From positions 96,001 to 160,000 of the IMG/VR virus record IMGVR_UViG_3300028624_000004: DNA of 64,000 bases; one strand, 5' to 3'. Numbering within the stretch: the first letter of the stretch is position 1; every line of letters begins with the position of its first letter. Below are positions 52,347-62,207 of the stretch, piece by piece. Under the pieces are notes generated by a model. That model was not told the origin of the DNA and ran no database searches. It saw only the letters and a list, made by a program, of their open reading frames with translations. The stretch is from a virus (taxonomy: Duplodnaviria; Caudoviricetes). Both the position numbers and the translations under genes were made by a program.

Positions 52347-53779
52347 CCACGAATCCCATAGTAATCGGGGAGGAACTTGTAGATATAGTCCTGGGTCTTC
52401 TGGTCAATGCCAAAGTGCTTGAAGAGCTTCTCATCGTCCCAAGACTGAGTGAAGTCGAGCCAGGGGATGAGGGACATATTTCCAAGTGAAAGATCGCAGT
52501 TGTTTTTATATAAAGAAAGACAGAAGCGAGCGAAGAAAGTCTTGCAGTATTCGTGAAAGTTATCGCGTTCGTTTTCGTTAGGAAACTGGAAAGTTGGAAT
52601 TGGATTACCAGCCCTTGTCAAGTCCAAAATACGAATACCTTTACAAGATTCATCTTGTGTATTCATTGTATAAAAATCATCTTTCACAATGGTATTAGAA
52701 ACGCTATTCGCGGACATGTTGACATTTCCGCGAATAGCAGCAAACTGACAATGTTGCTTGTTTTTATCAGCTTTATCGGTTTTCCCCAAACTATAACTCC
52801 ACACATCGTTTCCGCCGCTACAATCTTTCTTCATTTTTTCCACGAAAGGCTTGACGATAGTTTCCCAATCAGCACCAAACTTAGTAATGTTCCAAACATC
52901 AGCATCGAACTTCTGGTCGAAATACTCAACAGAACACTTGCCGTTATAGTCTCGGTCATAACTGATAATAACACATGGAACATAAAGACCAACATCGAAA
53001 GTCTTATTCCCATTGAACAAAGTAGCCGACTTCAGCTTACCTTCCAGTAGCTTCTTGATCTTGATATAACGGCTATTTCCCTTGAGGTCGATCAAATAAG
53101 TCGATGGATGAACGATGAGAACATGCTTAGCGTCCAACTTCGTAATGAACAGATCAAGGAACTTGAGGTCGATGCCCTTCTTGTACGGAGGATTCCCAAC
53201 CACAACATCAAACTTGATTCCACCCCAGTAGTCAAACTCCAGAGAATCGCCAACATGGTAGTTGAAGTCGTAGTCATTTTCGTTGCCCAAACGCTGCATG
53301 GTGAAGAACACATTCTTCGCCTGGAGGTCAACGAAGTACAACATCTTCTCAATAATGTGCTTCTTGCGAGCAGCCTCGTTGGGAATCTGATCAGCCAGTG
53401 ACACCATCAAACGAGCCAGCACTTCCACAAGGAAGTTACCACCGCCGACACTGTTGTCCAGCCACTTGTAATCCTTGTGCTTCCATACATCAGCAGGAAG
53501 CTTGTCAAGCATATCACGGATAAGCTGCTTAGGAGTGAAACACTCGCCAAACTGCTTGCGGTACATGTCACCGGGGGTCAGAATCTTGCTTACATCTTCG
53601 CCACGCTTGCGTGCCATTGATACCTCTGCTATGGGGTTATTTATCGTTCCATTAGACATTTTATCCAGTAATCGCAAAGTAGCAACAAGTGTTTTCTTGT
53701 TACCCATATCGTAGCGACCGATAATGTCATTGACAGTAGATCCAACGACGGTTTTGCTCAAAGATGACAGACTGGACAT
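52343..53779 (-). CDS. N6-adenine methyltransferase, Eco57I/Type IIG-like, with specificity region (true start 53779)
   Basis: GECFTP, LDNSVGGGNFL, GDSL, FDVVVGNPPY; own promoter and GAGGA RBS. Confidence 0.88.
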   Translation of the reverse strand: MSSLSSLSKTVVGSTVNDIIGRYDMGNKKTLVATLRLLDKMSNGTINNPIAEVSMARKRGEDVSKILTPGDMYRKQFGECFTPKQLIRDMLDKLPADVWKHKDYKWLDNSVGGGNFLVEVLARLMVSLADQIPNEAARKKHIIEKMLYFVDLQAKNVFFTMQRLGNENDYDFNYHVGDSLEFDYWGGIKFDVVVGNPPYKKGIDLKFLDLFITKLDAKHVLIVHPSTYLIDLKGNSRYIKIKKLLEGKLKSATLFNGNKTFDVGLYVPCVIISYDRDYNGKCSVEYFDQKFDADVWNITKFGADWETIVKPFVEKMKKDCSGGNDVWSYSLGKTDKADKNKQHCQFAAIRGNVNMSANSVSNTIVKDDFYTMNTQDESCKGIRILDLTRAGNPIPTFQFPNENERDNFHEYCKTFFARFCLSLYKNNCDLSLGNMSLIPWLDFTQSWDDEKLFKHFGIDQKTQDYIYKFLPDYYGIRG

Positions 53780-53863
53780 GTTTTTCTTTCCTCGGGTTAT
53801 GCTATAAGTATAGGGTGTTTCTACTAACATCAAGTAGTAGCAACCCAATTACTCGTCAGTGTC

Positions 53864-55429
53864 TCACACACCCTGTTCGATGAATCGGATGACATCTTCA
53901 ATGTTCATAACGCTCGTCGGGCAAACCATGAGAAGTTCCTTCATCATGCTATTAGCCAGGATGCGAGCCTTGTCCTCGGGAGACATGACCTTTCCTTCCT
54001 TTTTGCCTTTCTTGTCACCCTTCCTCTTGATAGTCTCGTTTTTGCCATTATCGTGGGCGTCATTTGTGTGCATGGCATCGGAGGTCTTGCCTGACGAAGA
54101 TCCGGTAATATTCAGCGAGTTGAGAAACTCGGCGTCCTTGTCGTTGATAAGCATGCCGACAATCGTGTTACCAAAGATATTCTCGTAGTAGCCCTCGAAA
54201 GTCATCTTACGCTTCATATCAATGAAACGCTGAACGTCAATCTGGTCGAAAGTGATACCATCATCAGAAGTGTAGATCGGGCAGCAATCAAGAACCTCAC
54301 GAATAACCTCAAGGTACTGTGAACCCTTGTTGGTAGCCTGACGAAGCTCAGCCATGCGGTGAACGCAGTGAAGGACTCGGTTGATGTTCATGTCATAAAC
54401 ATAGACACCCTTGCCGTACCGATCATCGCTCGGCTTACGGGGGGACTGGCAACGGAAGGCAGTCTGGATCCACTCTGACGGACTCTTGCAGTCGTTCATG
54501 AAGACCACAGCATCGCACCACGGAAGTGTAACGCCAGTCTTCAACTGGTCAACTACAATGACAATGCTGCCCTTCTCTTCTGTCGGAAGCCAGTCATTAT
54601 GGACCTTGTTATACAGGGCAGTTACATCGTTCTCCCGTGAAGTGGTCCAGAACACATTGTATTTCTTACCGACCATCTTCTCCAGCTTAGCACGAAGAGC
54701 CTCAACACACTTGGAACTCTCGACCGTGATAAGAACCCCCTTGCAGTTCTTCCGAATCAAACTGTTTTCATTGCGCTGATAGGCACCAATGCCAAAGATC
54801 ATCTTCAGACCATGCTCAACTGCCTCGTCATACTCAAAGAACCCCTTCTCGTTGACGGAGAGAAACTTCTTGAAGGTGAACCCCTCGTCCTTGCTATAAA
54901 CCGAAGCAAGTTCCTTGATGCTCTCTGCCTTGACAGTCGGGCAGATAAAGTGAATCTGCTCGAAACGCTGATAGGCATCATGACCGGAATTCTTCATCTG
55001 CATTTCATCGACCAGATCCCACATATGGGTGTTCTCAATTTCGAACCGACCATATGACAGGTTGCGCCCAGGGGTAGCCGACATACCGATCAGATACTTG
55101 TAGTCGATCAACTCAAGAAGAGCATCGGTACGCTCGGTTTCGACACCAAGGTGAATCTCGTCAATGCCCACAACATCGAACTTGACATTGCGAATAGCAT
55201 CGAACTTCTGCTTTGACCATACGCCAGCATCTTCATCAGCCTCTCCCTTGCCATCCTGAAGAGAGACGAGAAAGACATTGACAGTATTCTTGGCAATGTA
55301 CAGTTCCTCACCCTTACGGACATTGATGATGTTGTAGCCCTGATAACCGTCCCACTCCATGAAAGTTTCAACCCACTGTTGGTTGAGAATGGGGTAGGAG
55401 GACATAATGAGGACATTCATGGAAGGCAT
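53864..55429 (-). CDS. SF2 helicase/translocase fragment (motifs Ia-VI, no Walker A; true start 55429)
   Basis: NVLIMSSYP, IDEIH, MSATP, LKTGVTLP, WIQTAFRCQSP. Confidence 0.88.
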   Translation of the reverse strand: MPSMNVLIMSSYPILNQQWVETFMEWDGYQGYNIINVRKGEELYIAKNTVNVFLVSLQDGKGEADEDAGVWSKQKFDAIRNVKFDVVGIDEIHLGVETERTDALLELIDYKYLIGMSATPGRNLSYGRFEIENTHMWDLVDEMQMKNSGHDAYQRFEQIHFICPTVKAESIKELASVYSKDEGFTFKKFLSVNEKGFFEYDEAVEHGLKMIFGIGAYQRNENSLIRKNCKGVLITVESSKCVEALRAKLEKMVGKKYNVFWTTSRENDVTALYNKVHNDWLPTEEKGSIVIVVDQLKTGVTLPWCDAVVFMNDCKSPSEWIQTAFRCQSPRKPSDDRYGKGVYVYDMNINRVLHCVHRMAELRQATNKGSQYLEVIREVLDCCPIYTSDDGITFDQIDVQRFIDMKRKMTFEGYYENIFGNTIVGMLINDKDAEFLNSLNITGSSSGKTSDAMHTNDAHDNGKNETIKRKGDKKGKKEGKVMSPEDKARILANSMMKELLMVCPTSVMNIEDVIRFIEQGV

Positions 55430-55511
55430 GTTTTTTCTTTCCTTGGTTGATGACATTATTGTAGCCATCATTACGGTATATTCAAGAACGGACACAAGTC
55501 AACAGAGGACG

Positions 55512-55522
55512 GTGTATCACAC
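55512..55522 (-). promoter_or_regulatory. GTGTGATACAC box (copies at 51540, 53859, 56404, 63247), 24-26 nt upstream of a -35 hexamer
   Basis: Five copies (three exact, two with one mismatch), constant spacing to TTGNNN-N15/16-TANNNT promoters. Confidence 0.8.
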
Positions 55523-56326
55523 GCCCCGTTTAGCGTCCCACATGTTACGGATAAGTTCGGCAAACATAATGGTCTTTCCAGCCCTCGGCTTGTCAGCAAT
55601 GAGGAAGTTCCCACCCTTGGGGTTATTCTTGACAAATTCAAGAGCCTTGCTAACACAATCCTTTTGATGGGGCATGGGTTCAAGGTGCTTACGGTCCTTT
55701 ACAGCCTCGTCAATTTCAGAAGTATTCCAGTCATGTGCCTTACACTTGTCAATAATCTTGGACCAGAGGACGGCAAGATCGTTGATATCAACGATCAGAC
55801 AGCGATCCCCAGGAAACTTCTCACGAATAAGCGACGGAACAGCACGGTCTTCAATATCGTTCTTGTCACCCACAACAGCGATGAAAATCTGACGGTAGTT
55901 ACGGTATTTTTCCAGTAGCCCACCATCTAAGATAACTGACCTCCAATCAATCTGACCCCACTGGGTCTTACCACCACCATGAAGATGCTTGAGTTTCGAG
56001 GTTCCTGCGGCAATCGTTTCATCGTCCATGGCAGTAATGTCGCAACCACCAGACTTGACGCCGAAGCCAATGTCGGTCATCTTGTAGCACTTCTGACCAT
56101 TCTCATATAGGCTCAGCTTGCGGGGAATCCCCGGAATCTCAATGCGAAAGTATAGAGCCAGTTTGAACACCGTTTCACAAATTCTCCCCTTCAGAACAGA
56201 CGCCTTCTGAACAGTGGAGTAGTGGCTATCAATGTCCTTGAGAACCTTCAAGAAGTTCGGACTGATGCCTTTCAAGTCGATGACATCGTGGGACTTGAGG
56301 AACGAAGAAATCTGACTAGCGGACAT
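55517..56326 (-). CDS. PD-(D/E)xK (Mrr-like) nuclease domain + helicase Q-motif and Walker A
   Basis: KGRICE, GGCDITA...GTSK, PMPHQKDCV, PRAGKT, then stop. Confidence 0.78.
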   Translation of the reverse strand: MSASQISSFLKSHDVIDLKGISPNFLKVLKDIDSHYSTVQKASVLKGRICETVFKLALYFRIEIPGIPRKLSLYENGQKCYKMTDIGFGVKSGGCDITAMDDETIAAGTSKLKHLHGGGKTQWGQIDWRSVILDGGLLEKYRNYRQIFIAVVGDKNDIEDRAVPSLIREKFPGDRCLIVDINDLAVLWSKIIDKCKAHDWNTSEIDEAVKDRKHLEPMPHQKDCVSKALEFVKNNPKGGNFLIADKPRAGKTIMFAELIRNMWDAKRGV

Positions 56327-56408
56327 GTGTGTTTCCTTGGTTTACTCTCATACTATACCCACCACTTCCCCAACTTCAAGCCTTATTCCCAGCCCACTTC
56401 CAAGTGTA

Positions 56409-57193
56409 TCACACACCATCCCACTTCTCCATTGCCGTTCTCCCATAGTTCTTACACGCTCGCTTTAGATTCTTCATACGCAAGCTAAAAAGATTACCTT
56501 CTGTTGGGGGCAAAGATGAAATATATATTTTATATCCGCTCAACAAACCAATATCCAATAAAAAATTATAGCCATGTCGATCAGGATTTTTACTTATCTT
56601 GTATCTCATAAGCGTCTCATTCACCACTCCACTTCTTCATCGCATCTCTTCCAGTCATCTTATAGTTTTTGTAAAGCATATTTCTTTTTCTATAAACCGT
56701 CATCTCAAAGAAAGGCGGCATATGTATAAAGTATCTTCTCCCAAGGAAAACAAATACTTCATCAGAAGGAAACACGCCTTTTCGGACCTTCATTCGCCAC
56801 TCCACCCATCCATTGTGTTTCTCCCCTGTTGCTTATAAGCCCCTCTCAGGGTCTTTCCATGAACTCGAACATAATACAAGTTATCGGGCGACCTTCCAAT
56901 CATAGTAACTGCAAAAGTCAACTTATAGCTACACAATAAGCCCATGTCAAGCTCATAGAAGCAACCCGCTACACTATCAAGATTCTTGGTTATCTTCAAG
57001 CCCACTCTTCCCTCCACCGAAGCATAGCGTCACTTCCCCGTTTCTTGTAATAACGGAGCATATACGATCTATTCCAAAAACCACCGGAAGTGTCGGAAGT
57101 GTTGAAGAAAAACAAACCCCGTTCAATAAAGTAAGCGTTTATTGATCCGCGATTCTTGCTTCCATGTAATATTTTACGATACTTCAAGCCCAT
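56409..57193 (-). repeat. Tandem array of four paralogous 58-71 aa ORFs (56409..56609, 56617..56793, 56790..57005, 56996..57193)
   Basis: Shared C-terminus (Y/C)K..G(R/S)..M..W.(G/E)(E/V); overlapping or adjacent stop/start junctions. Confidence 0.8.
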
Positions 57194-57196
57194 GGC

Positions 57197-57598
57197 TCAC
57201 CACCACAGGTGTCTTGCCCACTTCCCAAACAACTCAAGCGCCTTATCAGCCTTCGCATGTTTCTTTTTGTCGCTACATCCATAGTAGTCATCGCTCGCCA
57301 TGAATTCGAAGCCCTCAAGCATCTCCTTCAGAGTAGCGTCCCACTTCTTCTCGGTCATTCCAGAATGCCCAGGAAACCCGTTGTTCAACTCAATGAACCT
57401 ACGGAGTCGTGGAACAATCCACTCGGCAAACCTGAAATCAAGGTTCCAAGTCTCCATGTCACACCAGCCCTGCTTCTCATACTGCTTGGTGAATCGCTTA
57501 GCGCGAGCCAGCAGCTTCTTGGTTGGCTTGGGTCCGACACTCTCGTTGATATACTTGAGTTGCGGCTCAATCCACTTATAGGATTTGTTTTTAGTCAT
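57197..57598 (-). CDS. Conserved phage hypothetical protein (W.LD...A..I.PRL..F...ALELFGK....LW family)
   Basis: AAGGA RBS; motif recognised from large phages; partial duplicate at 51768. Confidence 0.75.
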   Translation of the reverse strand: MTKNKSYKWIEPQLKYINESVGPKPTKKLLARAKRFTKQYEKQGWCDMETWNLDFRFAEWIVPRLRRFIELNNGFPGHSGMTEKKWDATLKEMLEGFEFMASDDYYGCSDKKKHAKADKALELFGKWARHLWW

Positions 57599-57935
57599 AT
57601 ATTTCCTTTTACTCGTCCTTCTTATCTATCTTTTCTCTAAGCATTCTAACAACCATAATCCACAGCATTATAGAGGCGGGAACCAATCCACCAAGAAAAA
57701 CAGTTATGATCACAGTGCCTAAGAGAATGTCCATGTTATTTTATCCTCGCTTCCTTATCATTATACTCAGCCCCCACCAAAGAAGCAAGTTCTTTTCTCA
57801 GGGCAGCCCGATCAGATCGACCATCGTTAGAGGGGCGACGAAGATACTCACGAAGCTTCTGCTTGAGTTCCTCGTAGCGAGCATAATCCTCGCTTTCACG
57901 CTCGCTCATGTCTGAATGGTCTAAGAAGCTCATGT

Positions 57936-58442
57936 TCACTTTCCGTTGTAAATCTTCCAACACTTCGCCATATCCTTACGGCACTTGCACTCGGTAATCA
58001 TGCCCCACCCAAGATACTTGGTACAACGGGTCTTGTACAGATCGTTGACATCGTGGCTCTGGAGTCCCTGACCAGTGTGCTGATAGGGGCAGTGAAGCTC
58101 TTCGATGGGCTTGGGTTCAGCGCCATTCAGCCAATCTTCATAATCAACCCCGAAGCGGCTGAAGTGGATGGTGTTGCCTTCACTAGTAGTGACATCTTCA
58201 GCAGCAATACCATATCCACTTGCAGTCTCAAAGACTCGCTTGACGCCTTCACGCTTCTTGCGCTTCACAAACTTCTTGAAGGTCTGCTTGACGCTGACCT
58301 TTCCAGTCCCTTTGCAGTGGGTACAGACAACAGCAGCGCCCTTCCTTTCAGCCATACCGCAGTAAAGACCAGTTCCCCTACAGGAGTCGCATTCGACCTC
58401 GCCAGTGATAGTGTAAGTGGTGTTGGTTTCGGTGAGTTTCAT
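57936..58442 (-). CDS. DnaJ-type zinc-finger protein
   Basis: CDSCRGTG and CTHCKGTG (CxxCxGxG). Confidence 0.7.
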   Translation of the reverse strand: MKLTETNTTYTITGEVECDSCRGTGLYCGMAERKGAAVVCTHCKGTGKVSVKQTFKKFVKRKKREGVKRVFETASGYGIAAEDVTTSEGNTIHFSRFGVDYEDWLNGAEPKPIEELHCPYQHTGQGLQSHDVNDLYKTRCTKYLGWGMITECKCRKDMAKCWKIYNGK

Positions 58443-59198
58443 ATTGTTTCCTTGATTTTCTATGAATCAGAGTTTGTAGTGAACGACCATGTAACGCTTG
58501 CGGTTGTAGGAGAACTCAATAGCCTCCTGCTCAATGTCGTTTCCAAGAAGCAGAGAAACCTTCTTCGGGTATAACTCCACCTTTCGAAGAACATCGGTGT
58601 ACCAGCGATAGCGACTGGTGTTGAAGTGCTTGTAAAGCTGCCATGTAGGACGCTTGCCCTTGGGCTTGACTTGAACAAAAACCTCAAAACCATAGTAAGT
58701 GGTTTTAAGAATGTCTGGTGTCTTTTTCTTCATGGTTATATCATATACTTCGATAACGAAAGTCAAGCCCCATCTTCATCGGGAACTTCTTCGACTATAT
58801 AACAACCTCGGAAGCTCTCAATCTCTATAAAAATGTTATTCACAATCATGCGTCTTTTTGTTTCGTCAGACTCCACCCATATGTCACGAAGCTTCTTCAT
58901 GGCACGGGAATCATTCAAGTGCGTTCCTGGGTGGAGAGGTATTCGCATTTACATATCTTTTTTAATTATCTTTTCATACTATCAGAAACAATCTTCAAGC
59001 CATTAATAAGATTGTCAACGCAAGCAGGATCGAACGACATGCGCTTTAGCTGCTCGTACTGATTGCTGCTGTTGAAAGTTTTCTCGAAGTAACGGATTTC
59101 GACGTTGCCAAGCCCGTCCATATCCTCACCAATCCCGAAGTAATAATCGTCTTTTGATACAACACGAACGATGGTTTTTGAAACGAAGTCTGACATGA

Positions 59199-59402
59199 TT
59201 ATGCTCCACAGCCACGCTTGATGGCATCAATGATGAACCTACGGAATGAAATACCTTCACGCTTAGCGAGGTACGCCAGTCGGCAGCGGAACATGGCTCC
59301 ACGCTTGCCGACGAAGACGATGTTGCAACCCCGAATTCTGAGAAGGTTGCGGGTTGGACCGAAGGCGTCGATCCATTCCTTGGTCAGTGATAGTTTATTC
59401 AT
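59199..59402 (-). CDS. Small protein with RHH-like C-terminus
   Basis: LAKREGISFRRFIIDAI. Confidence 0.45.
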   Translation of the reverse strand: MNKLSLTKEWIDAFGPTRNLLRIRGCNIVFVGKRGAMFRCRLAYLAKREGISFRRFIIDAIKRGCGA

Positions 59403-60225
59403 GTTAGAAGTCCTTTCCCGTCCATACCTTAAGCATCTTCTTCTGCCAGTCGTTCAGTTCGTCAATAGACTCCGGTAAGAAAGCATTAAGATGCTGTTGA
59501 ACTTCAAGCCAACGCATATCCAAAGCCTCTGGTGGAGTATATGGAATATTTTCAAGAACATGTGAGAGTCTTTGCCTAAGTTCCTCTGGAACAAAGGGAA
59601 GCATATCGGCAATAACTTCATCAAGGTTTCGCATGTCAAAATCCTTTCGGTGGATTAGCTGGTGTTAGAACAACATTACCCCAATCAAGCACATAGTCAA
59701 TAGTGTGCCAATCTGGGTTTCCAACAAATATGAGATAGACTCCGGGTGTGGTCCATATCCCATCACGAAACCCTGAACAGGGGCGGGAATATGCCTCTCC
59801 CACAACAACGATTTCAACAGGACGGTGAAGTATAATGTCTTTACCCGTCTTGTCAAAGGCATTGTTCGCAAGCCAGTAGTAGCCACTGGTAATGTCCTTG
59901 ATGTTTTCTTTTGTAAATTTGACGATTTTAGACACGCTTGGCTTCCTCCCAGTAAACAGCCGGATCCTTCCTAAAACCATCCTTTTCGGCAATGAAATAT
60001 GCCTTTAAGCGTAGATGCTCTTCAACCAGCTTCTCGTGATGCAGGGTACGCTCGTGCTTCCAGTTGGGATTATCAATTACCCTCTTGACACCATCGACTC
60101 CATGGCAGATATGCTCAACATGCATATCACAACGATTCTTGCCAGTAATGAATCTCCAAAGCTTGTTTATAAAGCTCATACATCTTCCTTTCTGCTGCTC
60201 CTATTATGAGCAACGGGAAGATAAG

Positions 60226-60927
60226 TCAAGCCATAAGTTTGGTCAACATAGCGGCTCGTATGGACTCCTTGACGCCAGCCAGCTTATTCTTTTCTTTTTC
60301 GCGCCTGTTCTGTAAGTCCTGTAAAGCCAATGCTTCAAATTCGTCCTCCCACAATATATCAAATATTTCTCGTAGTCTATCATTGATATAGTCATAAAGA
60401 GTCACACCATCTGTCTTAACATAATCTTTCTTTATGTGGGAAATAATCTTGTCCTTTACTATAAATTGATGCCTCGTATCAATTCTTCCGTTCAGTGCCT
60501 TTTTAAGCTTCTCATAATCACTGACAGGGTATTCTTTAAAGGTCAACCACAAGTCGTCCTTTAGAGCCAGTACATCATCTTCATCGTGAGGAAGATTGAG
60601 CGACTTCATACCACGCTCTTGGTTCAGCTTCTTCACGATGTCAACAAGTATTTTATCTATTTCAATCAACTCGGTTTCTTTTCCTATTGACACTATTGGT
60701 TTTATTATATCTATTACTTTACTGAGATAATCAACAGGAATTTCGGTGGCTTTATAATGCTGTATCACTCTCTCAAGTTCAGTAAGAACATGCTTTATCA
60801 ACTCAACTTTGTTATAATCTTTTATTCTTGTAGTGTTCGCCATGCGCTGGCGATTCTGTTGTAAAAACAAATCTATCGGTCCAGCAATCTCTTCGAGGAA
60901 GTCTTGTTTTAGTTGTTCTGGGTCCAT
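60226..60927 (-). CDS. Hypothetical helical protein
   Basis: 233-aa ORF with AGGA RBS and GATAAATA upstream. Confidence 0.6.
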   Translation of the reverse strand: MDPEQLKQDFLEEIAGPIDLFLQQNRQRMANTTRIKDYNKVELIKHVLTELERVIQHYKATEIPVDYLSKVIDIIKPIVSIGKETELIEIDKILVDIVKKLNQERGMKSLNLPHDEDDVLALKDDLWLTFKEYPVSDYEKLKKALNGRIDTRHQFIVKDKIISHIKKDYVKTDGVTLYDYINDRLREIFDILWEDEFEALALQDLQNRREKEKNKLAGVKESIRAAMLTKLMA

Positions 60928-62033
60928 AGGTTATATTCCTATGGTTATTTATCAATACTCCAAGTCTACAACGAACTCTTCATTACATGCTGGACATATT
61001 ACCCTGACGTCACGAGTCTTATGGGTATTATACTCACATGGTTCAAACTCGGCATCACACCAGAAATCCGGAGTGTCAAGCAAATTTACAAATTCCTTGC
61101 AATGTGGGCAATCGCAGTCAAGCGATAGACTCCATTGGGCGGTTGTCTTAGGTGGGGTGTCCATTACTTCACCAACCTGAAGTAGTCGCAGAACTCACGC
61201 TTGAATACCTTCAGAAGATGCTCATAGTCGCCTTCCATCATTTCATTTTGGATAGGCTCCCAGTCTCTTCCTAGTTGCTTACAGAGGCTACGACCGTAGC
61301 CCATGAGAACGAAGGCATTGCCTTCAGGTCCGGATAGGTTGATTACTTTCTTAGCCATGATATGGTTCCTTTACTTTTGTTCCACAATGGGGGTTCCGTC
61401 GATCTTTACCCAAACCTTGGTAACATAACGATTGTATGTGCTATTGGGGTCGCCAATAACAACAACTTTCTCGACATATCCTGCTTTAGCCATTTCAACA
61501 TCCTTGTCGGTGGCATTGCTGACAGTATGAACGCAGAAACAAAATGCACTGGCTGCTATAGCGATAACCAGCAACCAGAAAATTCCTTGGAAAGTCATAC
61601 TTCGCCCTCCGTCATTTCAATAAAGGTTTCAATGTGATAACCGACATGCATCTTATTGTCATCTTGGTTGAAGATGACGCAATGCCCAGGCTGATTAGGA
61701 ATCTCGCCCATGTAGAGCAAGAAGTCGGCTCGACCAAGATGCTTCTTGTAGTGGTTCATGTGTTCATCGCTGAGTGACGGGTCGATCTTGACCCATGACA
61801 GATAGCGAGGATCCTTCGGTTCCTTCGACTTCTTTTTCATTTAGAACTCCATGTGTGTTTGTCGTTGATAGCAACTATCAGTTTCTTTCCCATCTTCGCA
61901 TTGTAGATACTTACCTGCCCACAGAGAAACCTCAAGTCGAAATACCAGATTCCGATTGTGGTGTCATTCTCACGGCGTACAGACGGAAGCCAGTAAATCT
62001 TATTCAGCCCCGTGAAGTTGAAGAGGATAACCA

Positions 62034-62207
62034 TTATTCACTTTCCGATGCAAATATACCAAGAAGAAAGTAGAAGAGTAAGAAAGTCCCACCAGTTGAC
62101 AAAAAGAGGAAAATTGCAATCATTCTGATAAGAAATACATCAACGCCAGTCTTATTGGCAATGGTGGCACAAACTCCCATGAACGATCCGGTTGCCTTTT
62201 CAGTCAT
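62034..62207 (-). CDS. PspC-domain membrane protein
   Basis: MGVCATIANKTGVDVFLIR...Y.LLGI; GGAG RBS before MTEK. Confidence 0.75.
   Translation of the reverse strand: MTEKATGSFMGVCATIANKTGVDVFLIRMIAIFLFLSTGGTFLLFYFLLGIFASESE

Noticed and set aside
55430-55522. T4 gene-60-like ribosomal bypass (GTG take-off, stop in hairpin, in-frame GTG at 55495)
   Set aside because: The gap contains a promoter and strong RBS, motif I-to-Ia spacing is already complete without it, and the second gap lacks a matching in-frame GTG; not formally excluded.
51540-57600. Diversity-generating retroelement (template/variable repeat pair) or integron
   Set aside because: Differences between copies are not adenine-specific; no reverse transcriptase, integrase or attC-like sites in the window.
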